DNA from: a virus
Lineage: Duplodnaviria > Heunggongvirae > Uroviricota > Caudoviricetes
Direction: 5' to 3' (one strand)
Virus record (IMG/VR): IMGVR_UViG_2667527666_000002
Coordinates: 1 to 17,684 of that record
Length of the DNA: 17,684 bases
The notes beneath the pieces were generated by a model. It had not been told where the DNA came from and made no database searches. It saw nothing but the letters and a program-made list of their open reading frames with translations. The position numbers were made by a program, and so were the translations under genes. Below, piece after piece: positions 1 to 8,035 of the stretch (position 1 is its first letter; each line of letters starts with the position of its first letter).

Positions 1-1254
1 ATGCTGGAACAAATGGGCATTGCCGCGAAGCAAGCCTCGTATAAATTAGCGCAACTCTCCAGCCGCGAAAAAAATCGCGTGCTGGAAAAAATCGCCGATG
101 AACTGGAAGCACAAAGCGAAATCATCCTCAACGCTAACGCCCAGGATGTTGCTGACGCGCGAGCCAATGGCCTTAGCGAAGCGATGCTTGACCGTCTGGC
201 ACTGACGCCCGCACGGCTGAAAGGCATTGCCGACGATGTACGTCAGGTGTGCAACCTCGCCGATCCGGTGGGGCAGGTAATCGATGGCGGCGTACTGGAC
301 AGCGGCCTGCGTCTTGAGCGTCGTCGCGTACCGCTGGGGGTTATTGGCGTGATTTATGAAGCGCGCCCGAACGTGACGGTTGATGTCGCTTCGCTGTGCC
401 TGAAAACCGGTAATGCGGTGATCCTGCGCGGTGGCAAAGAAACGTGTCGCACTAACGCTGCAACGGTGGCGGTGATTCAGGACGCCCTGAAATCCTGCGG
501 CTTACCGGCGGGTGCCGTGCAGGCGATTGATAATCCTGACCGTGCGCTGGTCAGTGAAATGCTGCGTATGGATAAATACATCGACATGCTGATCCCGCGT
601 GGTGGCGCTGGTTTGCATAAACTGTGCCGTGAACAGTCGACAATCCCGGTGATCACAGGTGGTATAGGCGTATGCCATATTTACGTTGATGAAAGTGTAG
701 AGATCGCTGAAGCATTAAAAGTGATCGTCAACGCGAAAACTCAGCGTCCGAGCACATGTAATACGGTTGAAACGTTGCTGGTGAATAAAAACATCGCCGA
801 TAGCTTCCTGCCCGCATTAAGCAAACAAATGGCGGAAAGCGGCGTGACATTACACGCAGATGCAGCTGCACTGGCGCAGTTGCAGGCAGGCCCTGCGAAG
901 GTGGTTGCTGTTAAAGCCGAAGAGTATGACGATGAGTTTCTGTCATTAGATTTGAACGTCAAAATCGTCAGCGATCTTGACGATGCCATCGCCCATATTC
1001 GTGAACACGGCACACAACACTCCGATGCGATCCTGACCCGCGATATGCGCAACGCCCAGCGTTTTGTTAACGAAGTGGATTCGTCCGCTGTTTACGTTAA
1101 CGCCTCTACGCGTTTTACCGACGGCGGCCAGTTTGGTCTGGGTGCGGAAGTGGCGGTAAGCACACAAAAACTCCACGCGCGTGGCCCAATGGGGCTGGAA
1201 GCACTGACCACTTACAAGTGGATCGGCATTGGTGATTACACCATTCGTGCGTAA
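1..1254 (+). CDS. proA: Gamma-glutamyl phosphate reductase (glutamate-5-semialdehyde dehydrogenase), complete 417 aa
   Basis: Full-length ORF from ATG at 1 to TAA at 1252-1254; translation matches the ProA/aldehyde dehydrogenase family over its whole length; position immediately upstream of tRNA-Thr matches the proBA-thrW arrangement of E. coli. Confidence 0.95.
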
Positions 1255-1260
1255 ATAAAA

Positions 1261-1320
1261 CCGGGTGATGCAAAAGTAGCCATTTGATTCACAAGGCCAT
1301 TGACGCATCGCCCGGTTAGT
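1261..1320 (+). terminator. Candidate proA terminator: 11-bp stem (1261-1271 with 1305-1315, one G-U pair) around a long loop, followed by TTAGTTTT
   Basis: Inverted repeat ccgggtgatgc / gcatcgcccgg seen directly, T-rich tail 1316-1323. The loop is long (33 nt) and may contain the thrW promoter, so the call is weak. Confidence 0.25.
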
Positions 1321-1368
1321 TTTAACCTTGTCCACCGTGATTCACGTTCGTGAACATGTCCTTTCAGG

Positions 1369-1444
1369 GCCGATATAGCTCAGTTGGTAGAGCAGCGCAT
1401 TCGTAATGCGAAGGTCGTAGGTTCGACTCCTATTATCGGCACCA
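1369..1444 (+). tRNA. thrW: tRNA-Thr, anticodon CGU, with encoded CCA end
   Basis: 76-nt cloverleaf-compatible sequence GCCGATATAGCTCAGTTGGTAGAGC...GGTTCGACTCCTATTATCGGCACCA; anticodon loop TT-CGT-AA; T-arm GGTTCGA present. Confidence 0.93.
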
Positions 1445-1458
1445 TTTAAATCAATAAG

Positions 1459-2596
1459 TTACACATCATTAGTACCTTCCTTATTTTTTGACTGGGACAA
1501 ATTTGGGACCGATGGGTTCAGGATCGAGTCTATTTGCCGTGCGTGTTCGGTAAGGTGATTAGGTGCAAGGTGAGCATATCGACGAACCATTTCGATAGAC
1601 TCCCAGCCTCCCATTTCCTGTAACACTGACAACGGGACTCCGGCTTGAACCAGCCAGCTTGCCCAGGTGTGTCTCAAGTCGTGAAATCTGAAATCATCAA
1701 TACCAGCCCGTCTCAGCGCCGCTTTCCAGGCTGTGTTTGCGTCATACCGCATCTTCCTGACCGTTGGCGCTTTCCTTGTACACAAATACCCAACGGTGAT
1801 GATTCCCGATTTGTTTTTTCAATACGCGACATGCAGTATCATTCAGCGCAACGCCAATTGCGCGGTTTGATTTACTCTCTTCCGGGTTTATCCATGCCAC
1901 CCGGCGCTGCATGTCTATTTGTTGCCATTCAAGGTTGATGATGTTCGAGCGTCTTAAGCCTGTTGCCAGTGCAAATTCAACAACAGACTTTAATGGCTCC
2001 GGACATTCATCAATCAGCCTTTGTGCTTCATGGGGCTCCAGCCAGCGGATCCGTTTATTCTTTGGTTGAGGCACTTTAATAATTGGTGCCTTATCCAGCA
2101 TTTTCCATTCACGCTCTGCGGCTCTTAGTAGGGCCTTTATAAATGAAAGATGCGTAGCCTTTGTTGCAACGGACGCTGGTTTTGGCATGTATTCTGGAAC
2201 AGGTTTCCCTTTTTTTCTGCATGCTTCTGCCCTGAGTTTCCAGTTTTCCTCATGACGCCGGTTCGTCATTTTCTGCATTGCTGAATAAATTTTTGATTCA
2301 GTAATGTCTCTTAGTTGCATTCCTGCGAAATGTTGAAGCCAGAATCCGATCCGGCTTTTGTCATCGTCCAGTGATTTTTTATGTGCTTTCTCTTCGAGCC
2401 ACCTGATACACGCCTCCTCGAACGTCATATCAGGTATTTCACCAAGTTTGCTGACCCGCCATGCTTCAGCCTTTAGCTTGTCATGGAGCTCTGTCGCCTG
2501 CCTTTTGTCCTTTGTTCCAAGAGACTGTTTAAATCTTTTACCGTTCGGCAATGTGAAACTGGCGTACCATATTTCACCTCTGCGGAAGAGTGACAT
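1459..2596 (-). pseudogene. int: Phage tyrosine integrase, reading frame broken near 1742-1800 (N-terminal 284-aa frame plus C-terminal catalytic fragment in another frame)
   Basis: ORF 1742-2596 begins [14 protein letters not shown] with RBS GAGGAAA upstream of the ATG at 2596; the C-terminal ORF 1459-1785 carries the HxxR box ([11 protein letters not shown]) and the Tyr-containing VRRYAHL motif but lies in a different frame. The two frames overlap over 1742-1785, consistent with a 1-nt indel near aaggaaagcgcc. Confidence 0.7.
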
Positions 2597-2823
2597 TTTC
2601 TTTCCTCTGTTATGCCATCACCCGCGCTCACCAGGACAGTATGCAGCGGAGACTGAAGCGCCGCAATGCAGGCTTGTCGTGTTGTGAGGTAAGGAGATTT
2701 TAGTTTAGTGGGGTCTTTGCGTGTTGCCTGTAGGCGGCCTGTTCGTATCCAGTTGGTAGCGGTAGGTCTGGATATCTTGAGAAACTGACAGGCCTCATCG
2801 AGTGTGAGGCTGTATGGCTCCAT
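2473..2823 (-). CDS. xis: Excisionase / AlpA-family HTH DNA-binding protein
   Basis: Start ATG at 2823 ([31 protein letters not shown], an Xis/AlpA-type HTH) overlaps the stop of the upstream gene as TAATG. The frame stays open to 2473, overlapping the int start by about 124 nt, so the true C-terminus is uncertain. Confidence 0.6.
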   Translation of the reverse strand: MEPYSLTLDEACQFLKISRPTATNWIRTGRLQATRKDPTKLKSPYLTTRQACIAALQSPLHTVLVSAGDGITEERKCHSSAEVKYGTPVSHCRTVKDLNSLLEQRTKGRRQSSMTS

Positions 2824-3128
2824 TATTTCACCTCTTGCTGTGTCATTGTTGAAAAATGGATACCAGCTCGTTGCTGCCAGACGATCCAACCGAGAGTCAT
2901 ATCCCATGCCATGTATTCGTTATCGCCGTTTTTTGCTCTCCGACGATCTACTAAGTCACCGAAACGCTTTTCCATGAATAATTCATAGGCTTCGCGTTCA
3001 TCTGGCTCTACTTCCAGAGATACGAGTGCGATTTCATAAGCACGGCGCTCAATATCGTCTCGAACCTCTAGGCTGCTGATTCGTTCTTTGATTTCTTTAA
3101 TCAGTTCTTTATTGGTAAATGTGGTCAT
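2823..3128 (-). CDS. Hypothetical early-left phage protein, 101 aa, acidic (yfdT-like by position and length, from memory)
   Basis: ORF with ATG at 3128 overlapping the upstream gene's stop (TAATG coupling); protein-like composition; last gene but one before xis in a co-directional operon. Confidence 0.55.
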   Translation of the reverse strand: MTTFTNKELIKEIKERISSLEVRDDIERRAYEIALVSLEVEPDEREAYELFMEKRFGDLVDRRRAKNGDNEYMAWDMTLGWIVWQQRAGIHFSTMTQQEVK

Positions 3129-3490
3129 TATGCTCCAGCCTCCGGTGCTTTTGGCATTACTGCCCAGTGAGTGATATTGACGTTTTCAAGGTCCCCGACC
3201 TGAAATGTCCACTGCCATTCTCCGGTTTCTTTTTGTCCCCAGGTGTACCAGAGAGAACGCCAGCCAATCAGCCAGCCTTCTCCATTAGCATCAAATAACA
3301 GAACACTTTCATTTGCTGGTGGCAGTTCAGCTGACACTGGTATTATTTTGTTTTCCAGTGCCGCACATTTAGCTTCAAGCGCGTCGAATTTACGTACCAG
3401 GTACTCAGCATTTGTTTCGTTCACTTTCAGATCTCGCGGTACACATTTCCCGCGAAGAAACCCTTCCATTTCGAAAACATTCATGCGCAT
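3128..3490 (-). CDS. DUF551-like phage protein, 120 aa
   Basis: C-terminal ...NITHWAVMPKAPEAGA resembles the DUF551 C-terminal motif (recalled, not searched); start ATG at 3490 with GGAG 9 nt upstream; stop overlaps the next gene's start. Confidence 0.6.
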   Translation of the reverse strand: MRMNVFEMEGFLRGKCVPRDLKVNETNAEYLVRKFDALEAKCAALENKIIPVSAELPPANESVLLFDANGEGWLIGWRSLWYTWGQKETGEWQWTFQVGDLENVNITHWAVMPKAPEAGA

Positions 3491-4017
3491 TTGCGTAACT
3501 CCGATAAATCGTTAAAACGTTCCATAAACATCCCGTAGGCATGACCCGGTGCCAGTGGAATCACGTTGAACATCTCTGTTGCCGGGATGCCTTCCAGTAC
3601 AGGCCAGAAAGAGCCATCATCAAGCCCGAGATCGCGGCGTTCGGTTGCCAGCATGATGAGATCGGCATATTTCACGGGTGTACTCATAACTGGGGGTAAC
3701 CCGTATTTCTCACGGATTACGGCGTCTATTTTTTCTTCCATCCGTTTATAGTCAGGAAGAAGGCGTTTCAGTGGTGCGGGAATGTCCTGGCAATACGCTT
3801 CTGTTGCATCATGCATTAACGCTTCAAAAGCAAATTCCTGCGGCACCAGCTGGCTGCAAAGAACCGCATGTTGGGCGACGCTGTAGAAGTGCGAAAGATG
3901 ACCGGCAAAGCGACAGATATTTGAAAGGGAAACCGCGATATCGTTAATATCGATGTCGTCTTTATTTATCTTGTCATAATAAAAATGCTTCCCGGAAAAA
4001 GTTTTAATAAATGACAT
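3481..4017 (-). CDS. HD-domain phosphohydrolase (YfdR-like putative 5'-deoxynucleotidase), 178 aa
   Basis: Contains the H...HD metal-binding signature (SVAQHAV ... LMHDATEAY); start chosen at the ATG at 4017 (MSFIKTF) preceded by GGAG 8 nt upstream, rather than the GTG at 4044 used in the ORF track. Confidence 0.75.
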   Translation of the reverse strand: MSFIKTFSGKHFYYDKINKDDIDINDIAVSLSNICRFAGHLSHFYSVAQHAVLCSQLVPQEFAFEALMHDATEAYCQDIPAPLKRLLPDYKRMEEKIDAVIREKYGLPPVMSTPVKYADLIMLATERRDLGLDDGSFWPVLEGIPATEMFNVIPLAPGHAYGMFMERFNDLSELRKCA

Positions 4018-4110
4018 TTTGTTCTCCACGTATATGCACTGCACCGCGCTGAATTCTGGTAAAAGGAAGCCCTCACCATCCGGTGATTATTGAGTTAATT
4101 ACGTTTCCAT

Positions 4111-4132
4111 AAATGCCCCCGCAGGGGCATTT
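4111..4132 (-). terminator. Perfect 9-bp palindromic hairpin (AAATGCCCC-CGCA-GGGGCATTT) between the 274-aa gene and the HD gene; possible intra-operon attenuator
   Basis: Inverted repeat seen directly. The U residues lie within the stem ends rather than in a clean downstream U-tract, so terminator function is uncertain. Confidence 0.35.
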
Positions 4133-4144
4133 GCAGTAATGAAA

Positions 4145-4969
4145 TCAGGCGGTGAAAGTACCAATAAAGGTTTCTACTTTGCTGTCTTTGAATTTCTCAA
4201 CAAGCAGATCACGAAATTCGTTAGCCATTTCTTCCTGCACCGCTTCCAGCTGAATAATGCGCAGAACCAGTACAGGACGATCGCCAGTGATAATGCTGAG
4301 GCGTAATTTAAACGGACGTTCTTTCAGACCTTCAAACGGAACGCATTTAAATTCAAATGTCACTGGCATAATGTCTTTGGTCTTCGCTTCGACAGACTCC
4401 ATCAGGGAGCGTTTGCCGCTGAAGTCATTATCTTCAAAATCAGCGGTCTGGTTCGCTTCAATTGTGATTTTACGGATCGCCGCAGCCGCTTTGGTTGCCT
4501 GAATGGCGTCACCATTAGCATCAAAGCCCACAAGGTAGTCGGCCCAGTCTTCAATCCATTCTGCCAGTGACTTCTGGGAGTTACGCTCGCCGTTAACAGA
4601 CAACAGGGCAGAGAACGGTGCTGTCTTTTTCAGTTTGAGAGTGGCGGTGTTATCTGCGTGACCTGGTTCATCAATAGTACCCAGGTTAAGCACACTGACG
4701 GCTCGCATATTATCGGCATCGATAAAGCAGCGGGTGCCTTCATCTGCAAGATCTTTAGAATAACGGGTAAAGTCATCGATGCTGGCAGTGGAAAGCGCAC
4801 CACGGAAACGGAAGCGATTTAAATTAAATTTTTCCAGATCATGAATGCGGAAATTCTCAGGCAATGCCACAGCATCGGCACCAATCTTACTGATAATTTC
4901 ATTAACACCCTGAGCAGAAATAAGGGCATGGATTTGATTAATTGCGGTTGCGTCTAAGTTCTGAGACAT
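4145..4969 (-). CDS. Hypothetical phage protein, 274 aa (YfdQ-like)
   Basis: Long ORF with ATG at 4969 and GAGGA 8 nt upstream; size and neighbours (120-aa gene upstream, HD gene downstream) match the recalled yfdP-yfdQ-yfdR order of CPS-53. Confidence 0.7.
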   Translation of the reverse strand: MSQNLDATAINQIHALISAQGVNEIISKIGADAVALPENFRIHDLEKFNLNRFRFRGALSTASIDDFTRYSKDLADEGTRCFIDADNMRAVSVLNLGTIDEPGHADNTATLKLKKTAPFSALLSVNGERNSQKSLAEWIEDWADYLVGFDANGDAIQATKAAAAIRKITIEANQTADFEDNDFSGKRSLMESVEAKTKDIMPVTFEFKCVPFEGLKERPFKLRLSIITGDRPVLVLRIIQLEAVQEEMANEFRDLLVEKFKDSKVETFIGTFTA

Positions 4970-5034
4970 AATAAGTCCTCACTATATAAAGATATTCAGT
5001 GATGAGATAAATAATCAGTTTATTAAGAACGATA

Positions 5035-5397
5035 TTAATGACCTGCTGCGCGTAGTTTTCCGTCAGGTTCACCGGCAAGAGTCAGTAATTGTCCCTGGTC
5101 TTCCTGCAGAATAGTCAGGCGACCACCGCGATTGACATACATCGGCGTTTCGGTGGTGTCTTCTTCGGAAATTTTCCCGCGGTTAGTTGGGCGAACATAT
5201 GAGAGTTTGTGTTTGATTTTCACACGGTTCTCATCAAACGGTTCGATTTCCAGGTTGAGCGAGACCTTACCTTTGGTTTTCGTGTTCATCACACCGGAAG
5301 CGACTTCACTGAGAACAGCGCCGATTTTGGTTTCAAATACGCCGCCGTCCAGCTCCCCGATAAATGCCTGCACATCAGTACTGCGTTCGCTAGCCAT
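5035..5397 (-). CDS. Hypothetical phage protein, 120 aa (YfdP-like); first gene of the leftward early operon
   Basis: Start set at the internal ATG at 5397 (MASERSTDVQ...) preceded by GAGGAG 9 nt upstream; the longer 197-aa ORF in the track has a non-protein-like N-terminal extension running into the structured leader. Confidence 0.65.
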   Translation of the reverse strand: MASERSTDVQAFIGELDGGVFETKIGAVLSEVASGVMNTKTKGKVSLNLEIEPFDENRVKIKHKLSYVRPTNRGKISEEDTTETPMYVNRGGRLTILQEDQGQLLTLAGEPDGKLRAAGH

Positions 5398-5445
5398 TTT
5401 GCTGCTCCTCATCATATCGACCCTGCAAGGTCGGTTGGTTTCTCC

Positions 5446-5580
5446 ACAAAACAGAGAAGAACACCTGCGGTGACTGCCGCCCGGATGGATTGGGTTATGA
5501 GCCCGTCGTCCGGTGATTCTCTTCTCTGTTTTGTAAAAAGAGCGGTACCAGCCGGAAGCAAGGGTACAAACTGGTACCGC
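5446..5580 (-). other. Structured element: perfect 15-bp inverted repeat (5446-5460 / 5520-5534, 59-nt spacer) followed by a 10-bp stem (5542-5551 / 5571-5580); candidate cis-acting RNA in the early-left leader
   Basis: Both inverted repeats read directly from the sequence; they lie about 50 nt upstream of the first early-left start codon in a region with no convincing ORF. The strand is assumed from the surrounding operon. Confidence 0.35.
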
Positions 5581-5999
5581 CAAAGCAGTGGCTGTTGTGG
5601 TGGGGTTGTCACTCAGGCGTATGGTCAACCTGACAATCCGGTGCCCTCAACGGGGAAAGAGTAACCCCGCCATACTTACCGCCGCGCCATTTCGCGGATT
5701 ACCACAACGCTGAGAGCACTTAGCCAGTTACGGCACCACACTTTGTCGCGGCTCCATAAATGCCCTCATCGTTGCACCCTGGTCTCTTCCCAGGCGTCAA
5801 ACCGAATCGCCACGCTGGTTAGGCGTCTTATCAGCATCATCATTGACTTGCACATTCCGGCTACCTGGTTTGTTTGCCCGAGCAAGGAGTGGATTGTCCC
5901 CTTTAACGTCCCCAGACCGCTAACGACGCATGTGCCATACGCCGTGTTACAACCAAATTTTGTTAGTACCTTGTTTGTTTGTCTGGAAAGAAAGATAAA

Positions 6000-6050
6000 A
6001 TGAAGTTGCGCATTATGCAAGTGTTTTTGTTGCGAGATATGCAATTTAAA
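6000..6050 (-). promoter_or_regulatory. Candidate OL/pL: two operator-like sites TTGCGCATTATGCAA (6006-6020) and TTGCGAGATATGCAA (6030-6044)
   Basis: Two 15-bp TTGCG-N5-TGCAA dyads 24 bp apart, matching the motif found in the cI-cro intergenic region; located just beyond the end of cI where lambdoid phages place OL/pL. Promoter -35/-10 hexamers are not confidently assigned. Confidence 0.45.
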
Positions 6051-6061
6051 GGGTAATGAAA

Positions 6062-6079
6062 AGCCACCTTTGGGTGGCT
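6062..6079 (-). terminator. Candidate terminator of the repressor gene (stem AGCCACC / GGTGGCT, 4-nt loop)
   Basis: Hairpin about 20 nt beyond the cI stop on the minus strand, followed there by UUU then CAUUACCCUUUAAAUU; the U-tract is short, so the call is moderate. Confidence 0.4.
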
Positions 6080-6099
6080 AATTGATGAGGAGGTAAGGG

Positions 6100-6792
6100 T
6101 TAATTGTGTCGCTTAAGGGTTTGTGACTGGCTGATTAAGACCTTTCCAAAGACCATAAACCGGTGTTCATTTTCGCTGGTAATTCCCCATTCACGGTAAA
6201 TCTGGTTATCAGAAATCACCAGTAGTTTGTCAGGTATCATTTGCAGTCGTTTGACATAAATTTTATCATCAAAACCAAATACATAGATACCATCTCCATC
6301 AAACTGATTGATACTGACATCAACGAAGATGAGATCTCCTGGCTCAATGGTTGGACACATACTGTCCCCACGAACGTTGATAACTTTAATGTGATTGGCT
6401 GGCCGTCCGCCAAACATCGATACAGCATTATCAGTTCTGTATTCAATGGCATGAATCACATCAATGACATCACCGCCCTGGATAAGGCCATTTCCCGCAC
6501 TGGCACTGACATCCAGCATTTCAATACGGAATACATCCTTCACCTGCGCAACATCCTCACTAATACTGTTTTTACATACAGTATTACTTTTGACGTCTGA
6601 GGTAAAGAGATCAGCAATATCAACACCTAAGCTCCTGGCAATATTACTCAGGGCTTGTTCAGTGAATTGTTTCTGCTTACCTGTTTCCAGGCGTGAGATA
6701 TTCGCCGCATCCACTCCTATTGCTTCAGCGAGATCGGCGATTTTCATGTTCTTCGCCTGGCGAAGTTGTCTGACTCGGTTTCCTATGTTCAT
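6100..6792 (-). CDS. cI: CI-like prophage repressor (N-terminal XRE-type HTH, C-terminal S24/LexA-type self-cleaving peptidase), 230 aa
   Basis: N-terminal HTH (IADLAEAIGVDAANISRLETG); Ala-Gly cleavage-site candidate (SASAGNG); catalytic Ser in GDSM and Lys in YVKRL; divergent from a Cro-like gene. Confidence 0.9.
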   Translation of the reverse strand: MNIGNRVRQLRQAKNMKIADLAEAIGVDAANISRLETGKQKQFTEQALSNIARSLGVDIADLFTSDVKSNTVCKNSISEDVAQVKDVFRIEMLDVSASAGNGLIQGGDVIDVIHAIEYRTDNAVSMFGGRPANHIKVINVRGDSMCPTIEPGDLIFVDVSINQFDGDGIYVFGFDDKIYVKRLQMIPDKLLVISDNQIYREWGITSENEHRFMVFGKVLISQSQTLKRHN

Positions 6793-6889
6793 GCGTTTAT
6801 TACATTTCTTTATTGCGCGTTAAGCAAATCAACTTGCGCAAAATATTTGCGTGAAATAATATGCTCATCACGCAATATGTGGAGGTCAT
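6793..6889. promoter_or_regulatory. Immunity-region operator/promoter (OR with divergent pRM and pR): operator TTGCGCGTTAAGCAA (6813-6827), palindrome CGCAAAATATTTGCG (6837-6851), candidate pR -35 TTGCGC (6834-6839) and -10 TAATAT (6857-6862)
   Basis: 97-bp divergent intergenic region between cI and cro containing dyad repeats of the same TTGCG family as the OL candidates, with centres 24 bp apart; sigma70-like hexamers with 17-bp spacing upstream of cro. Confidence 0.6.
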
Positions 6890-7150
6890 ATGCAATCACC
6901 ATTACGGAATGTGCGTAAGGCGCACGGATTTACTTTGCAGCATGTTGCTGCTGGCGTTCAGGTCAATCCAGCGACGCTGAGTCGTATTGAAAGACTGGAA
7001 CAAATTCCATCTATCGATCTTGCAGAACGTCTGGCCAATTTTTTTAAGGGTGAAATCAGCGAAATGCAGATTCTTTATCCGGCACGTTTTCAATCTAGCC
7101 AAAACCAGAATGGGTTTAAACCACAGGAACAGGAGGTAAGCCGTGGGTAA
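6890..7150 (+). CDS. cro: Cro-like XRE-family HTH regulator, 86 aa
   Basis: ATG at 6890 with GGAGG 5 nt upstream; HTH motif (LQHVAAGVQVNPATLSRIE); divergent from cI. Confidence 0.8.
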   Translation: MQSPLRNVRKAHGFTLQHVAAGVQVNPATLSRIERLEQIPSIDLAERLANFFKGEISEMQILYPARFQSSQNQNGFKPQEQEVSRG

Positions 7151-7700
7151 TCATCACTGGAAAGTGGAAAAACAGCCTGAGTGGTACGTGAAAGCTGTCA
7201 GAAAAACTATCGCGGCGTTGCCGGGGGGTTACGCTGAAGCTGCTGAGTGGCTGGATGTAACAGAGAACGCATTATTTAACCGCCTTCGTGCCGATGGCGA
7301 TCAGATTTTCCCGCTGGGATGGGCAATGATTTTACAACGTGCTGGTGGCACTCACTTCATTGCCGACGCTGTGGCGCAGTCTGCAAATGGCGTCTTTGTG
7401 TCTCTTCCTGACGTCGAGGATGTGGACAATGCCGATATTAACCAGCGTTTACTGGAAGTCATTGAACAGATCGGCAGTTATTCAAAACAGATTCGTTCGG
7501 CAATCGAAGACGGTGTAGTGGAACCGCATGAGAAGACAGCAATTAACGACGAGCTGTACCTCTCAATTTCGAAGCTGCAGGAGCATGCAGCACTTGTCTA
7601 CAAAATTTTTTGCGTTTCAGAAAGTAATGACGCCCGCGAGTGTGCAGCTCCGGGCGTCGTGGCGTCGATTGCTTCTGGTTGTGGAGAAACTAACGCATGA
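7143..7700 (+). CDS. Phage regulatory protein, 185 aa, at the CII position (CII / YdaT-like)
   Basis: GTG start at 7143 with AGGAGGT 6 nt upstream; 8-nt overlap with the end of cro; its stop overlaps the next ATG (ATGA). Function inferred from position only. Confidence 0.6.
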   Translation: MGNHHWKVEKQPEWYVKAVRKTIAALPGGYAEAAEWLDVTENALFNRLRADGDQIFPLGWAMILQRAGGTHFIADAVAQSANGVFVSLPDVEDVDNADINQRLLEVIEQIGSYSKQIRSAIEDGVVEPHEKTAINDELYLSISKLQEHAALVYKIFCVSESNDARECAAPGVVASIASGCGETNA

Positions 7701-8035
7701 ACAGTTTAACAACACACTACCGTCGCTCGCAACTGATTGCGCTTCCTGTACCGGGTGGAAAAGCGAAGGTGGAGTATTGCTATGCAGTAAATGTACCAGG
7801 TGACAGGGAAATTGTAACCCACAGCTTTGCTGAGTGGGCTGTGGGAGATTTCAACCGGCAGAAGGAGACAGTCCTTTGCGACAAGTTAACCGCTGGTTCA
7901 AAGATCACTACGGAGTGCCCGTCAGAGTCATTCGTTGGGAGCCGGAAACACAACGGGTTATCTACCTCCGTGAAGGCTATGAGCATGAGTGCTTCAGCCC
8001 GCTCGAACAGTTTCGTCGTAAATTCAGGGAAATAG
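7697..8035 (+). CDS. Hypothetical protein, N-terminal frame (start translationally coupled to the upstream gene); possibly the 5' part of a frameshifted gene
   Basis: ATG at 7697 overlaps the upstream stop (ATGA); first 60 codons are protein-like, the remainder of this frame is low-complexity. Confidence 0.3.
   Translation: MNSLTTHYRRSQLIALPVPGGKAKVEYCYAVNVPGDREIVTHSFAEWAVGDFNRQKETVLCDKLTAGSKITTECPSESFVGSRKHNGLSTSVKAMSMSASARSNSFVVNSGK

Noticed and set aside
741-1335. Minus-strand ORFs of 103 and 129 aa inside and just after proA
   Set aside because: They are antisense to a clearly genuine full-length proA, have low-complexity composition and no RBS.
1645-2687. Plus-strand ORFs of 97 and 109 aa overlapping the integrase gene
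   Set aside because: Antisense to the integrase frames; Ser/Cys-rich low-complexity translations typical of shadow ORFs.
5743-6044. ORFs of 86 aa (plus) and 92 aa (minus) in the non-coding leader, considered as a possible N antiterminator
   Set aside because: Neither has an Arg-rich N-terminal motif or an RBS; the minus-strand one would start with TTG inside the operator dyad. Small peptides below 60 aa cannot be excluded.
6062-6079. The same hairpin read as a plus-strand terminator
   Set aside because: On the plus strand the stem is followed by AATTGATGAGG, with no T-tract, and no plus-strand gene ends upstream of it.
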